Shown here piece by piece: positions 26,357 to 40,474 of a DNA stretch of 64,000 nt (position 1 is its first letter; every line of letters starts with the position of its first letter). The translations under genes were made by a program, and so were the position numbers. The notes under the pieces are model-generated. The model was not told the origin of the DNA, did no database searches, and worked only from the letters and a program-made list of their open reading frames with translations. Source of the DNA: Octopus sinensis (lineage: Eukaryota); the NCBI RefSeq assembly GCF_006345805.1, contig NC_043024.1, forward strand, positions 5,084,001 to 5,148,000, given 5' to 3'.

Positions 26357-26935
26357 CAGTGATTCCCAATGTGGTCCCTGGAACCTACCAGTGGTCCCCA
26401 GAGAATTCGTAGCCATAAAAAATTGAAGCCATTTCAGATCTACACAATATTGTTCGATAATAAAGACACTGTTAGTTAATAATAATTTATATGAAGACAG
26501 AATAATAATAAGAAAACAAAATTCAATAATTATTCCATAAGAATCAATGATGTATAATATATAATCAATGATATATTACAATCAAGAACTACATAATTTA
26601 AATTTTATAATCACAACAGTTTCATAATAAATTCGATATTTTTAATAGATCACTACATAATATGTTTAATAATAAATTTGATACTTTAAATTTATAGAAA
26701 TAAAATATTGATTATTTAAATTTTTTTTATGATCAGTTGTAATAATAACTGAACCAACTGCTAAAAAGGCAAAACTGAAGAAATGCAAAGAAGATTTTAT
26801 CATGTTTGGTTTTGTATCTGTAGACTCAAAACCTATGTATCTTGAATATAATGCCATCATGACAAATTATTCCATGAAGAAAGTTAAGCTGGAGCAGCAC
26901 CAGAAATTAAGGCATCCATCATCTGTTGGTAAACC
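26357..26935 (+). mobile_element. hAT (Charlie/Buster-like) 5' end with BED-finger relic
   Basis: Terminus CAGTGATTCCCAA; translation KKCKEDFIMFGF...KPMYLEY...SMKKVKLEQHQKLRHP (both Cys decayed to Tyr). Confidence 0.6.
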
Positions 26936-27420
26936 TATCTCCTAGCTTCCCTTTTGGCAGTCTGATACAATTCCCTGCTATCAACGGTCTTCCAGTCCTT
27001 CAAAGCCTGTTTCTTTTCCTTACTAGCCCTGTCAACAACATTGTTCCACCACCACGTTACCTTGGGTTGAGAGTAGACTTTGCACCATCCACAGATCTGG
27101 TCACTAGCCCCCAAAAGGTTGTCCTGTAGAAAACTCCAGTTGTCTTCCACAGCTTTGAGTAATATGTCTCTCAATCTCTTTTTGCAGGATCCTTAAGCTT
27201 CCAGACCCTTCTCCTCCATTCTGGTCGTCTTCTGGGCATCCATTTACCCCTGATCCTGAAGTCGCTAACTACTAATCTATATTGTGGGGTACATTCTTCC
27301 CCTGGGAAAGTTTGGGCATTTACAAGTAGTCGTCTTTCCTGTTTCCTAGTGAGGATGTAGTCAATTTGACTAGTGTGTCTACCAGATTGGTAGGTGACTA
27401 AATGGCCCTGAATATGCTAA
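26935..27420 (-). mobile_element. RTE ORF fragment (APE end and linker)
   Basis: SQIDYIL..., VTWWWNNVVDRASKEKKQALKDW. Confidence 0.8.
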
Positions 27421-28843
27421 TCGATTAGCATTTAGTAATTATGATACTTCTACAATTGAAAATAATTTTAATAAATAAGGAATTTATGTATTGTGGCATT
27501 TGATACTTGTCAATTGTCTACATTGTTCACATAAATGCCAGTACCAGGCAGAGGTGGTTTCCAGCAGTAAGAGAAGCTTAAGAATAAATAAATGGAAATT
27601 TGTCGGCAGAACAAAGTTAGCAACCTCTTACACTCTCAGTGTTGTGATGAGAGCCATGGTACCCTCTTGTGAGGAATGGACTGAACCGAGAGAGTGTATA
27701 TAGTTTGTGTTATTTCATAGTGAAGTTCGAGAGTGTGGGTTGGTTTGTTCATTCTTAAGAGATAGTTATGTTGTTATTGCTGCTGCATTATCTTATTTTA
27801 TCACACTGGTACCACATATTTCAGGCCATAATTGCAATAGTGGTGGTACTACTATATTGGATACAAACCATGTTACAGCATCTGGCGGCAAAAGGCTCGA
27901 AGATCACGTAGCATGTAATTCACCTGCAAACTAAGCATTAAATTCTTTCATACCAGATTGTCATCCTTCTGAAATTCCCTTGTCCATGTTATTTCCTCTG
28001 CAGCCATCCACACATTTTATTCAAGATCAACTACGTCAATCTTACCAGTTTTGAAGGCACAGCTCTTGTCTCAGAAGGAATGCAAAAGGCAAGGATACAG
28101 CCCCCTTTATCCAGCCAAATTGTTCAAATAAAACATGGGAAAACAATCCTAACACCCACTACTATTCCTGTGAATTAGTAAGCTGTAAACTATATCAAAC
28201 TGAGCCCACATCATCATCTTTAACATGTCTCACAGCTAGAACCCTTTTACTAAATATTTTAGCCAATCATTTATCTCCAGAATGGCAGCTTCTACATGGA
28301 GTCACATTCTCATCAGACATTAATTTACACAAGTTGAAAAAAGACATCATCTACATTCACATTAACAGTTTAGGAAAGCCTACAGATGTTCTCTTGCTCG
28401 CACTTTATATTAATACAAATAAGAATTTTTAACAAAGGTACATAGCCAAAAATTTTATAGGAGGAAATAATGTCAACTATATTGATCCACCCCTGGTCTT
28501 GGGGTTGTGGTGGTGGCATTGGAGGTTGTAGTAATGGTTGTAGTGGTGGTTGTGAAGATGATTCTGATATTGATAGTCTTTGCATTGAGGTGGTGGCAGA
28601 GTCAGAGTAAATAATAAGAGCCCAGTTAACACAAGATTCTTAAATTTCGGAGATCATAAGATAGAGAGCAAGAAGTTAAAAGTTCCAATACTGTCCCAAT
28701 TCCTACACCCCAGATTCTTCAACTATTTTATAAGAAAGGGGTTAATGGCAGGATAGGGATTCAGCTTAAAAATAAATTGTATAACAAAAAATACATAACT
28801 AAATTACTGCTCCAACGATGTAATTTTAGTATGTGTGTATGTA

Positions 28844-28877
<34 letters not shown>

Positions 28878-29924
28878 GATCAAAACAGTTTGATTCAAAT
28901 TCTGTGGTACTTATATATTCATACATACATATAGATGTATATAACATATATATATATATTGTATGTAAACATCTTTTATAAATATATATAATTCATGCAT
29001 CTATAATACACACACATTATAAATATATACACATATATGCATATGCATTAGAATATGTGTGTATAGGTGTATATATATATATATATATATGCATATGTTT
29101 GTATACATGTGTGTGTGTATAAAAATAAATATAAGCACTCAGGATCTACGCAAATTTTATATATACTCCACGAAGTTCAAAAGGTAAAAATCCGGTATTT
29201 TAAATTTTTGTTGCATTTCTAATCTTTCTGATGTCTAAGGATGGATATTTATGCGTATGAATCTTTTTCTTTTTATTTTGTTTCAAATATAATTCTAGGG
29301 AACTGAAAAACTGCGTACGTTACGATAAAGCAATTTGTCAAAATGTAAACAATTGCTTTCCACGTCACAGATAAGACTACGCAGATAATAAGTTCACATA
29401 AATACAGACATTACGATTGGCTAAAATTCACAGTTTTAATCTACGATTAAAGTCATAAAATAGATTTTTCTCAAATAAACTAGTTCCAACTGGCGAATAA
29501 ACTAGTTCCACTCTATGAGTACACGAAGTTTCAAATTATTTAGTTAACTAGAAAGATCTGGGGTCCTGGCTTCAGAATAGAAAAGATCCAAGTGGCGGAG
29601 TTATGATGTAAGTACGTGCAAACCCCCCTTCTAACTTTTTTTTCTAATTTTTACAAATTTTTTCGTTTGTCTTCTGCGTAATGGAATAATACGATTATTT
29701 AAAAGAAAGAATAAAAGAAAATTTTTTAACCAACTCCCTCCATCTTAATTCCAAAACTTTCCAGTTTTTCTCTTTTAATTCGTAGTTTTAACTGGTGAAC
29801 CTCATGAGGGTGCTTGGTTTGTTCCTGCGCACCACCCGTTATAACGCTGTACACTTGCTGCCGTGCCTCAATAGTTTTTGGTGGGGTTCCACAGCGCATC
29901 AAAATTTGCAAACGAAGGAGGTGA

Positions 29925-32900
29925 TATTTCTTTATTACCCACAAGGGGCTAACGAAGAGGGGGACAATACATCATGATTTGGGGTCATGAGACACGGATG
30001 AAATTTACATATAAATGATCTTTAAAAATTATTACATGAAATTGAAAACAAAAATCGAAGAAATCGAATGATACACAAATTTTTACAGCACAACATAAAA
30101 ACGACACATGAAGTGGGAACACCAGGATTGCCGACCCCACGAGCCCTGTTTTCCCACCGAAACTCGGCAGCCAACTTACAGCGTGTTCATGTGGCCCCTT
30201 TCACTCGCAGCAATCGTGCCACACGTTTCCATCTTTTGTCAAACTCACACGCAGACAGACACCTTTTCTCTAACTCCACCTTTCTTTTTAGGTGGAACCT
30301 GAAATAGGTCACCAAGGCGGAGCCAGAGATCACGGTGCCTGTCTTTACAACTTTCATTCTAGTCTTCCATATACACTCTTTCGCTACTGCTACTGTACTG
30401 AGAAAGCAATGCTTACCTTCACTTGTCAAAAAGCTAGGCGAGTCAATTTTTATAATTGTCTCAGCCGATAGCTGTACTCTTCTTCCGTCTGACAACAGGT
30501 GTTCCGCATATACCCACACGTCCGAAACTTCCGGACACTGAACAATAGCGTGCGAGACTGTTTCCAGATCCCGCTCGCATCTTGGACAGCTCGATGGTCC
30601 ACTCCAACCATGCCTTGTGAGTTTATCCCGAACGGGTAAAGCTGCTCTGAAACATTGCCAGGTCAAAGACTTCTGGAATTTATCCAATGTCTTCGGCCCG
30701 AACGTCCTTCGGAACAGGCTGTCTAACTGATTTCGATCGAGGCCCAAGGTCCTTCCTAAGGCATCGTCATTTCCGGCCTCTACCAACCTGCTATAGAAAG
30801 CTGCGGTTGTACCAAAGCCGCCGGCATTGCCCGACTTGCGGAAGTGGCAGAGTGCCTTATGGCACTCCGAATACCACATGCTCGATCTAAGTCTACGACG
30901 ATACCAGGTTTCTCTGCCACCGAAACTGACAAAGCTGGGGAACATCTGCCTCGCAAGCGGGGACCACACCCGTTCACCATCCAGGTAGAGCCAAAGATGC
31001 CTTAACCTCAGCGCATGTCTGCGCATCAACAGCCAAGGCATCCCTAAGCCACCCTTTAACGGTTTCTGACAGCAAATAGAACGTCTTACAAGAGGAGTGC
31101 TTCCCTTCCACAAAAAGTGGAAGATCTGCCTCTCCAACTTGCTTAACCACGAATCCGGACAAGGGACGACGGTCAGGCGGTAGGTGATGACCGATGCTAA
31201 AAACACATTGGCCACCTCCGCCCTCCCTTTCAAGGATAGCCACCGTCCGGACCAAGTCCCGACCGCGTGAGCCACCATGCTCGTCACCTCAGACCAGTTC
31301 TTTTCTATCTGGAGATCTGGACCAAACCAGATCCCTAGCAGCTTAACCGGTCCCTCCGTCCAGCATCCCACGATGCTATTCGAAGGCATCGACTTGCCCC
31401 TCCAGGTGCCGAGTTGCCGTCTCGTAAGCCTTGATGGCATCTCCCACATTACGTAGGAGTTCCACCTCGGTCACGATGATGGTGATGTCGTCCGCATACG
31501 ATGTTACAGATCCTCCACCTCCTGGATTCATCGGGATGGCGCTCAGCTTTCGCAGTAATGGCTCGAGAGCCATCACATACAAAATCGGGGAGAGCGGACA
31601 CCCTTGACGAACAGACCGTCTGATGCGGAACGGCTTCGAAAAGAAGCCATTCACCCGAACGATCGAGTCGATGTTATTGTACAATTGTATGATCCACATG
31701 AGGAAGCCAACACCCAGACCGAACTGCGCCAGCACGGACACCAGGTACCGATGGTTCACCCTATCAAACGCTTTACTCTGGTCTAAATGGACCAGTGCCC
31801 CACCTTTGCCAGAGTCATTCCCAAACCCCTCTATGGTGTAGCGTACTAGGTGAAGATTGTCCTGGATGGTTCTTCCGGGGACCGCACAAGTTTGTGCCTC
31901 CCCGATCAGACCACCCACGACACGCGTCAACCTTTTTGCTAGCACCTTGGCCAAAATCTTCACCTCTGTATTTAGCAGAGTGATGGGCCGAAAGTTGTCT
32001 ATGCTGTCCCCCTTGCTCGGGTCCTTTCTGATCAGCGTCACCACTCCCCGACGTACAGATCTGGGGATGAACCCATTCTGCCGCCAGTTCGCGAAAACGC
32101 CGGCCAGCACGTTCCCGAACAAGTCTGGCATTCTTTTATATAGCTCGTAAGGTAAACCATCAATTCCCGGCGCCTTACCTTCACCGCAGTCGACCAAGGC
32201 CTCAGCTATCTCCTCGGGCGAGATCGACGCTTCACAGCTCTCCGCGTCCTGCCCCGAGAGGCGCGGCAACCCGGCGAGGATGTCCGTAAGGTCCACCCTC
32301 TCCTCCGGCCCGCCGTCGCCCCCGAAAAGCCGAGCGAAGCGCTCCTGAAACGTCCTACACATCTCTGGTTCGGTAATCACATCTCCTTGCCCGTTCGTCA
32401 CAGACTTAATTGTGGAATCGTTTCCACGTCGAGCCTCCACAACTCGTGCCCATCCGGCAGCCTTAATACCCTCGCACCCCATTGCGCAGATTCTAGCTCT
32501 GACGATACAACCCATATGTTTGGCTTCGAGGTGCTGGTTTAACTCCAGTCTCTTCAGCCTAACTTGGGCTCCATCGCCAGATCTCATGGCTTCCTCTAAG
32601 GCCTTAACTAGCCCCATCTCTTTCCTACGCCCACTAGTTACTAGACCTATTCTGTATCTAACGGACTCGTACTTGATGGCTCTTTTGAGGGCGTACCACC
32701 ATTTGTTATTAATAATGGAACCGGTTAACGCCCTCTGCACTAATAACTCGATCCGGTTTCTGTACTCCTCAATAACCAGAAGGGACTTATTGAGTTTCCC
32801 TTACTATATAACTTATCTAGGTTCAGTTCGCCAGTGACCATCTTGTGGTCGCTGTAACTGACCAGGTGAAACTGTGGACACTTAACTAATCCTTTATCTG

Positions 32901-33097
32901 TTTTTCTAATAAAAATTCTGTCTATGTAGGACCTGACAGACCCGTCGCTATTTAACCACGACCACTGTGGAGCGTTCGGGAATTCAAGTCTGTAGGGATC
33001 TACCAGCTGAAAGCGACTCAGTAGATCCAGGAAGCCAGGGTTTGGTTTTCTATCTTTTGAGCCAACGCTATCGACGCGCGCATCGACTATGGCCAAG
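29925..33097 (-). mobile_element. Tx1 LINE, second family, 5'-truncated within APE (element 5)
   Basis: YIDRIF, SDH, NFRPITLLN, QGCPLSP, YADD, CPRC..HAIVQC; 3' end gggtaataaagaaat; 12-bp TSD cgaaggaggtga (29913-29924 / 33098-33109). Confidence 0.93.
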
Positions 33098-33561
33098 CGA
33101 AGGAGGTGAATTCGTTTCTTTTTTTTATCTTGTTTTAAATACTTCAAAATCCAAATTGCCTAAATATGGGCCGAAATTTTTATGCGTGCTAGATGTTTAA
33201 AATGTTGGAGGTAAAGAACGAGTCCACCACCCGTTTTCGGCCTAACTAAAACCAACCCTAAAGACCGGGTGTACGTATTCTTTACAGTCGCCGTTAAAAA
33301 TTAAGGAAATAGATTTTTGGGAGATCTCTTATTATGACTGACTTTTATTTCGTTATTCTAATATCTTTTGAAACTTATGCATATATAAATACATACAAAA
33401 TATATATATAAACATATACACATAGATTTTTACAGAATTAGCTTTATATACATCCTTGTATGTTGACATTATTACCCGGGAACGAAATGGAAAAAAAAGG
33501 AGGATAGGGAACGAATCTGAAAACAAAAAGGCCCAGAAAGCAACGGCGGTGGGGAGAGGCC

Positions 33562-33859
33562 TTCGGAAAATTCACAAGATCCGATGTTTTTCCCTCATAA
33601 TTTTAAATTAGGTTTTTAAAAATGAAATTTTATATAAATACCTTTCAGACGGTATAGATTACGATTACAAAGAAATTTGTGGGGAAAATCTTTTCCGAGG
33701 GGGTAGGGTAGAGGACTTCGGACGATTCACAAGATCCGAGTTTTTCCCTCGTAACTTTGAGGAAAATATAATCCTTTTGAAATTACAAATTAGGCTTTTC
33801 CTCAGGAATTTCGATGCTAAACATCCCTTTGAAGGGTTCAGGTCTTTACTTCTACCGTG

Positions 33860-33921
<62 letters not shown>

Positions 33922-34136
33922 TAAACAGTAAAAATAATTACAGACATGGACAAGAACATGAAACACCACAGAGACGACACAAGAACCACAGGACGGGACA
34001 TTCGAAGCCCTCAGTCATCAGTCAAGAACCAGATCATCTTAGCAATTTCGGCTGATTAATCTTGAGATTGCTCCGATATGGCCAGCCAGCCAAGGGAAAT
34101 CTAAGCCAAGCGCATTAGACCCCCTGGAAGAAAGCT

Positions 34137-34191
<55 letters not shown>

Positions 34192-34308
34192 TTATATATA
34201 TACATATGAAATGCTTAGCAGTATTTTGTCTGTCTTTACGTTCTGAGTTCAAATTCCGCCAAGGTCGATTTTGCCCTTCATCCTTTCGGGGTCGATAAGT
34301 TAAGTACG
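33562..34308 (-). repeat. Inverted duplicate of 1-587
   Basis: Colinear reverse-complement match; one fewer 153-bp unit, expanded (TA)n and a ~220-bp dispersed-repeat insert at about 33920-34140. Confidence 0.9.
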
Positions 34309-34740
34309 AGTTGTGTACTGGGATCAGTCTAATTGATTGGCCCTTCCTCAAAAATTTCGAGCTTTGTGCCTGAGAGTAGAAAAGAATGTTGATACTTTAC
34401 TGACTTTTCTACATGTTTCAAGCTCCACAGAATTTTGACATCAAGCTGCCCGTATCTATGTATTTGTGTATTTACGAATGTACAGAATGAGGCAGAGGAG
34501 GAGTGATGTCTATGTTACCAAACAAAGCTGTGTTAATACGACACATGACTGAGGTGAAACCATCAGATATCTAGTGTCATTGACATGTATATTGGTGTGT
34601 GTCTAGGACAGACGCAATGTCCAGGAGGTGTTATTACGATAGATATGTCTGTGATATAAACCTCTTGAAAATAGAGAGATGGGATAAATTTAATACTTCA
34701 GATAAAGAATTACTTCTACAATTTATGAAAACTTTTGAAA

Positions 34741-34773
<33 letters not shown>

Positions 34774-34795
34774 TGAATGTATGTATGTATGTATA

Positions 34796-35542
34796 GGAGT
34801 GGCTGTGTGGTAATTAGCTTGCTAACCAACCACATGGTTCCGGGTTCAGTCTCACTGCGTGGCATCTTCGGCAAGTGTTTTCTGCTATAGCCCTGGGCCG
34901 ACCAATGCCTTGTGAGTGGATTTGGTAGACGGAAACTGAAAGAAGCCCGTCGTATATATGTATGTGTGTATGTCCCCTTAGCATTGCTTGACAACCGATG
35001 CTGGTGTGTTTACGTCCCCGTCAATTAGCGGTTCGGCAAAATGGAGCGATAGAATAAGTACTGGGCTTACAAAGAAGAAGTCCCGGGGTCGATTTGCTCG
35101 ACTAAAGGCGGTGCTCCAGCATGGCCGCAGTCAAATGCCTGAATCACGTAAAAGTATAAAAGAGTATGAGTGGCTGTGTGGTAAGTAGCTTGCTAACCAA
35201 CCACATGGTTCCGGGTTCAGTCCCACTGCGTGGCATCTTGGGCAAGTGTCTTCTGCTATAGCCCCGGGCCGACCAATGCCTTGTGAGTGGATTTGGTAGA
35301 CGGAAACTGAAAGAAGCCTGTCGTATATATGTATATATATATAAGTGTGTGTGTATATGTTTGTGTGTCTGTGTTTGTCATTGCTTGATAACCGATGCTG
35401 GTGTGTTTACGTTCCCGTCACTTAGCGGTTTGGCAAAAGAGACCGATAGAATAAGTACTGGGCTTACAAAGAATAAGTCCCGGGGTCGATTTGCTCGACT
35501 ACAGGCGGTGCTCCAGCATGGCCGCAGTCAAATGACTGAAAC
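34796..35542 (+). mobile_element. Two tandem tRNA-derived SINEs (family a)
   Basis: A-box TGGCTGTGTGG and B-box GGTTCAGTC(T/C)C; copies start at 34796 and 35168. Confidence 0.85.
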
Positions 35543-37176
35543 TTGCTGCGAAAGTTGGAGAGGCTGGGAAGTAACTCGGATGAGATCGGAGGTGGGAGGA
35601 CGGTTACTGCTTATGCGGATGACGTCACCCTCATCGTGTCCAATGAGGCCCAGCTACCTTGTGTGGAAGAGGCTATCAGAGGATACGAGGCGGTGGCAGG
35701 AGCAAAGGTTAACAAGGACAAGTCGGTTGGCTTGCGCCTCGGCACCTGGATATCGTCCAGTGTCCCACGACACTGGACGATATCGATGGCCCTGTTAAGT
35801 TGCTAGGAGTTAAGATGGCCCTGTTAAGTTGCTAGGAGTTTGGTTTGGGCCAGTCTCCCAAACGGAGAGGAACTGGAGTGAGGTGACGAGCAAGGTGGAG
35901 GCCATAGTACGGACCTGGTCAGGAAGGTTTCTGTCCTTGAAAGGAAGGGCGGAGGTGGTACAGATGTTCATTGCATCTGTAATCACTTACCGCTTGATCG
36001 TTGTCCCTTGCCCCGATTCATGGCTTAGCAAGTTGGAGCGAATCATTTTCCGCTTTTTGTGGAAGGGAGGAAAGCCACTTGTGAGGCGCTCCGTTTGCTG
36101 CCAGGAACCGTTAAAGGGTGGGTTAGGAATGCCTTGGTTGATGATGCGCAGATATGCGTTGAGGCTGAAGCATCCCTGGCACCACCTGGAGGGTGATAAG
36201 GTGTGGAGTCCGCTGGCAGGGGAATTTTTCCCGAGACCGGCCTCCTTAGTGAATTTTAAACCCGGTCGCATAAAAAGATGGAAACTGACTTTATGGCAAA
36301 AGGAGTGCCGACGGGCACTCACGCTGATCCACAAGGCGGGCAAGGCCGGCTGCGGAAATACCAGGGGCTCTGGGGTTTGACGAAGACCAGCTTACCAACC
36401 TGTTTAAAAAGACTTTCAGGACGGGGTATTTGGATAATTTCCAAAGATCCCTGGCCTGGCAGTGCTATAGGAATGCTTTACCTGTTCGCGAGAAGTTATC
36501 GCGGCACGGAATTTCAGTGCCACCGACGTGTCCAAGGTGCGAGTTGGACGATGAAACCGTCCAGCACGCTTTTGTACACTGTCGGAAGTTGTCAGACTTG
36601 ATAAGTTACGCAGAACACGTGTTATCGCATGTGGGACGAGTACAGCTGTCGGCTGAGTCTATGATTAAGATGATACCGCCAACTGGACTCTCGAAGGAAA
36701 GTGAGGCATGTTTTCACTGCACGGTTGCAGTAGTAAAAGAATGCATGTGGCGTACAAGAATGGAAGGAGTCGCGATAGGATCCTTTGTCTCGGGCCCCGG
36801 CTTGCTCACTTACTTCAGATATCATCTGAAGAGCAAAATGGGGCTGGAAAAGAGGATCTTACCACGGGATGTGTATGAGAAAAGATGGAAGGAAGTGGAA
36901 AAAAAGGTGGGTGTCAGAAACCCAGCTTAACTATGGAGGGAGGAGAGGAAACAAAAGCTGCGGGGCCTTATAAATTGCTTACCTCGGTAAGATCGAAAGT
37001 TTATGTAATGTTATAATATTCTATTGGTCATGTAAAGGACAATTTACAGACGAATTTTTATAATGAATAATCCAAATGTTATGGAAAATTTTTAATCGAA
37101 CCTCTTAACTGTTTTTTGCATGTATGTCCTGTATTTGTCCTTCTATGTAACGATTGTATAATCATAATAAAGAAAT
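35543..37176 (+). mobile_element. 5'-truncated Tx1 (element 2, same family as element 1)
   Basis: Aligns to 4748-6418 with local rearrangements; 3' end AATAAAGAAAT abuts TGGAGTTAGTTCCC. Confidence 0.93.
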
Positions 37177-39535
37177 TGGAGTTAGTTCCCTTTGTTCATT
37201 GTAAAAACTCTTCCTCATTAAGCGTATTTCTTGTTGTTTCTCACGCACCTTGATTGTTTGATCAGTTCCACTTGACAACTGATATTTAAGAGAAAATCCA
37301 ATCAAATATATACAAATGATTGGTAATTAACTGTCTAAACAAACAGATACAGCATTTACGATTATGTGGACCTGAAAAATATTAATTAACGTTTGTTGTA
37401 GAAATCTAGAAATTCTGTTGAAGCTGTCGTTGTCCACTCTGACTCCAGTTCTCACATCTTCCTCCTTCACTCTTTCTCTCCATATCTATTACTATGTAAG
37501 TATTTATTTAAACATTTCTATTATATATGTGTCGTATTATGTACATTTATTTGTTTCGATGTGTTGAGAAAGTTGAAAGAAAAAAAAATCTCACTAAGAC
37601 GAAATTATACGAAAGGCTGTAATTTTAATACTTTCATTGTGTTGTCGTTTTCTTTTAGACATTTCATTGCACTTTTGGTTATTTTCTAAATTATTTGTAA
37701 AAACGTCGGATCAATCCTTTGTTTAGATAACATTTATCTTTCTTTCTAACGTGTAAATTCGACAATTTCGTTAAATGCGGGGAAGTTACGATGTATTTAG
37801 TATGAAATGGGGAATGTATAAAAATACGAGTGTGCACTTGAAATACTGAAACGAAAAGCAAATATCGTATCGAGAGAAAATGCAACGGATTTTATTTGAA
37901 ACATAGGAAGTCTTTATTTCTGGTGGTTTTTCTACATCATTAAAAGTTAGAATTAATGTTTTTATAATTTATTTAATTTTTGTGTGTGTGGAGTGCTGCT
38001 TTAAGCACCTAATATAATCCCTCGTCACATATTTTTATTTGGGGGAATTTTCAGAAATTTTTGCGTACGAGAATACGTTCGGTCATGCAACCAAAAAAAG
38101 AAAAAATCAACTGTGATTTATGAGCTATTTAGGTGTTATTTTTCGCACATCTCACGACCAGTATGGTAATAATTCTTCTGCTTAAGTTCCTCTGGGCTTG
38201 CAGGAAGAGGGGAGACATAGACTAGGCCCTCCCTGAGAAAGAAATGGCAAGGTGTCAGCTCAGGTGAACGTGGCGGCCATTTCAACAGCACATTGCCTTC
38301 TTCAGGACGCGCCAAACTCTTTTGAGGAATCTGGCTTTCATTCTCCACATCAACCAATAATTTTTCCTACATTAAAATTTCCACACTAATGATTTTGATG
38401 CTGTTAGTGAGACATCAATATTATTTACTGACATTTATTCATCTTTTATGCTCACCTAAATATTAACGTTGAGCTAACCGTATATATATATATGTATTTG
38501 TATATATGGCTCCCATGCAGGTAGCATGTAAAAAGTACCATTCGAGCATGATTGATGCTAGTGCTGCCTGACTTGCACCCATGCCGGTGGCACATACAAA
38601 GTTCCTTTCAAGCATGGTCGATGCCAATGCTACCTGACTGGCTCTGTGGCACATAAAAGGCCACCGCTACACGCTCAAACAGCATCCAGCTGTAGAAATC
38701 TTGCCTGATAAGATTGAAACTTTGTTCAGCCTCATGGCTTGCCAATCCTCAGTCAAACCTCACAAACCATGCCAGCGTGAAATGCAGATGTTAAACGATG
38801 ATGATGAAGGTAGAGAAAGAGCGATGTCTGTTTTAGCAAACAAAGATACAAGACTGCAATGAAAACATCAGAAATCTAGAGTCATTTATTTGTATATTGG
38901 TGTGTGTGTGGAAGTGTGCCTATGACAGACTTTATATTCCAGGAGTTGGTATTATAATAGATGTGTCTCCTCTATGATATAAACATTTTGGTAATGCAGA
39001 AATTGGATAAGTTTATTAGTTCAGATAAAGAATTACTTCTACAATTTATGAAATCTGAAATGTAAATTTGCTCTTTTGAATATCTGCCTTTTAAACATAC
39101 TTGATGTCTTATATTATTTTTGTATTCTTTCAGAAAATCCCATGGAATTGGCTAAAAAGTATTTTTTACTTTTAAAGAATCATCAATATGTATCATGTTT
39201 GAAAGACTCTGCAAAGATATTCTACAAACGTATAATCCTGCTTCTATAAAACATTGCTGAATTACAGTAAAATATTTCCTCTGAGAGAGAAAGCATTTCT
39301 TTACTTCTGTGTCTGAAATGTGCAAGAGATAATTTTCTCTTTTAAATATACTTTAATAGATTTCCAAAGAGTATTTGCGTCATTTTTAAATATTGGCATT
39401 GATTACGTTTAGAAGAAATATAAGAGAAGTGATATTTGTTTGGAATAAACTATTAAAGCAAAAAGAAGCAAAATATCCATATATTTTGGTGAGAGGAGAA
39501 CTATTTTTGAAAAGTTGTTGATCTGTACAACTTGA

Positions 39536-40474
<939 letters not shown>

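Larger units (their letters stand above)
12280..29589. mobile_element. 17.3-kb TIR-bounded element (Merlin/MULE-like termini), no matching transposase seen
   Basis: Perfect 24-bp TIR ggatcttttctattctgaagccag (12280-12303 / 29566-29589); perfect 9-bp TSD aagtggcgg (12271-12279 / 29590-29598). Confidence 0.8.

Noticed and set aside
27600-28200. More balanced-composition stretch that might be coding
   Set aside because: All frames I read contain stops and no motif was recognised
29795-29924. Arg-rich N-terminal peptide followed by AG|GTGA, resembling a host first exon
   Set aside because: No downstream exon found and no supporting homology
33920-34140. Possible type-II hammerhead in the dispersed repeat (also about 56330-56500)
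   Set aside because: CTGATGA and GAAA are present on the minus strand but helix II cannot be closed properly
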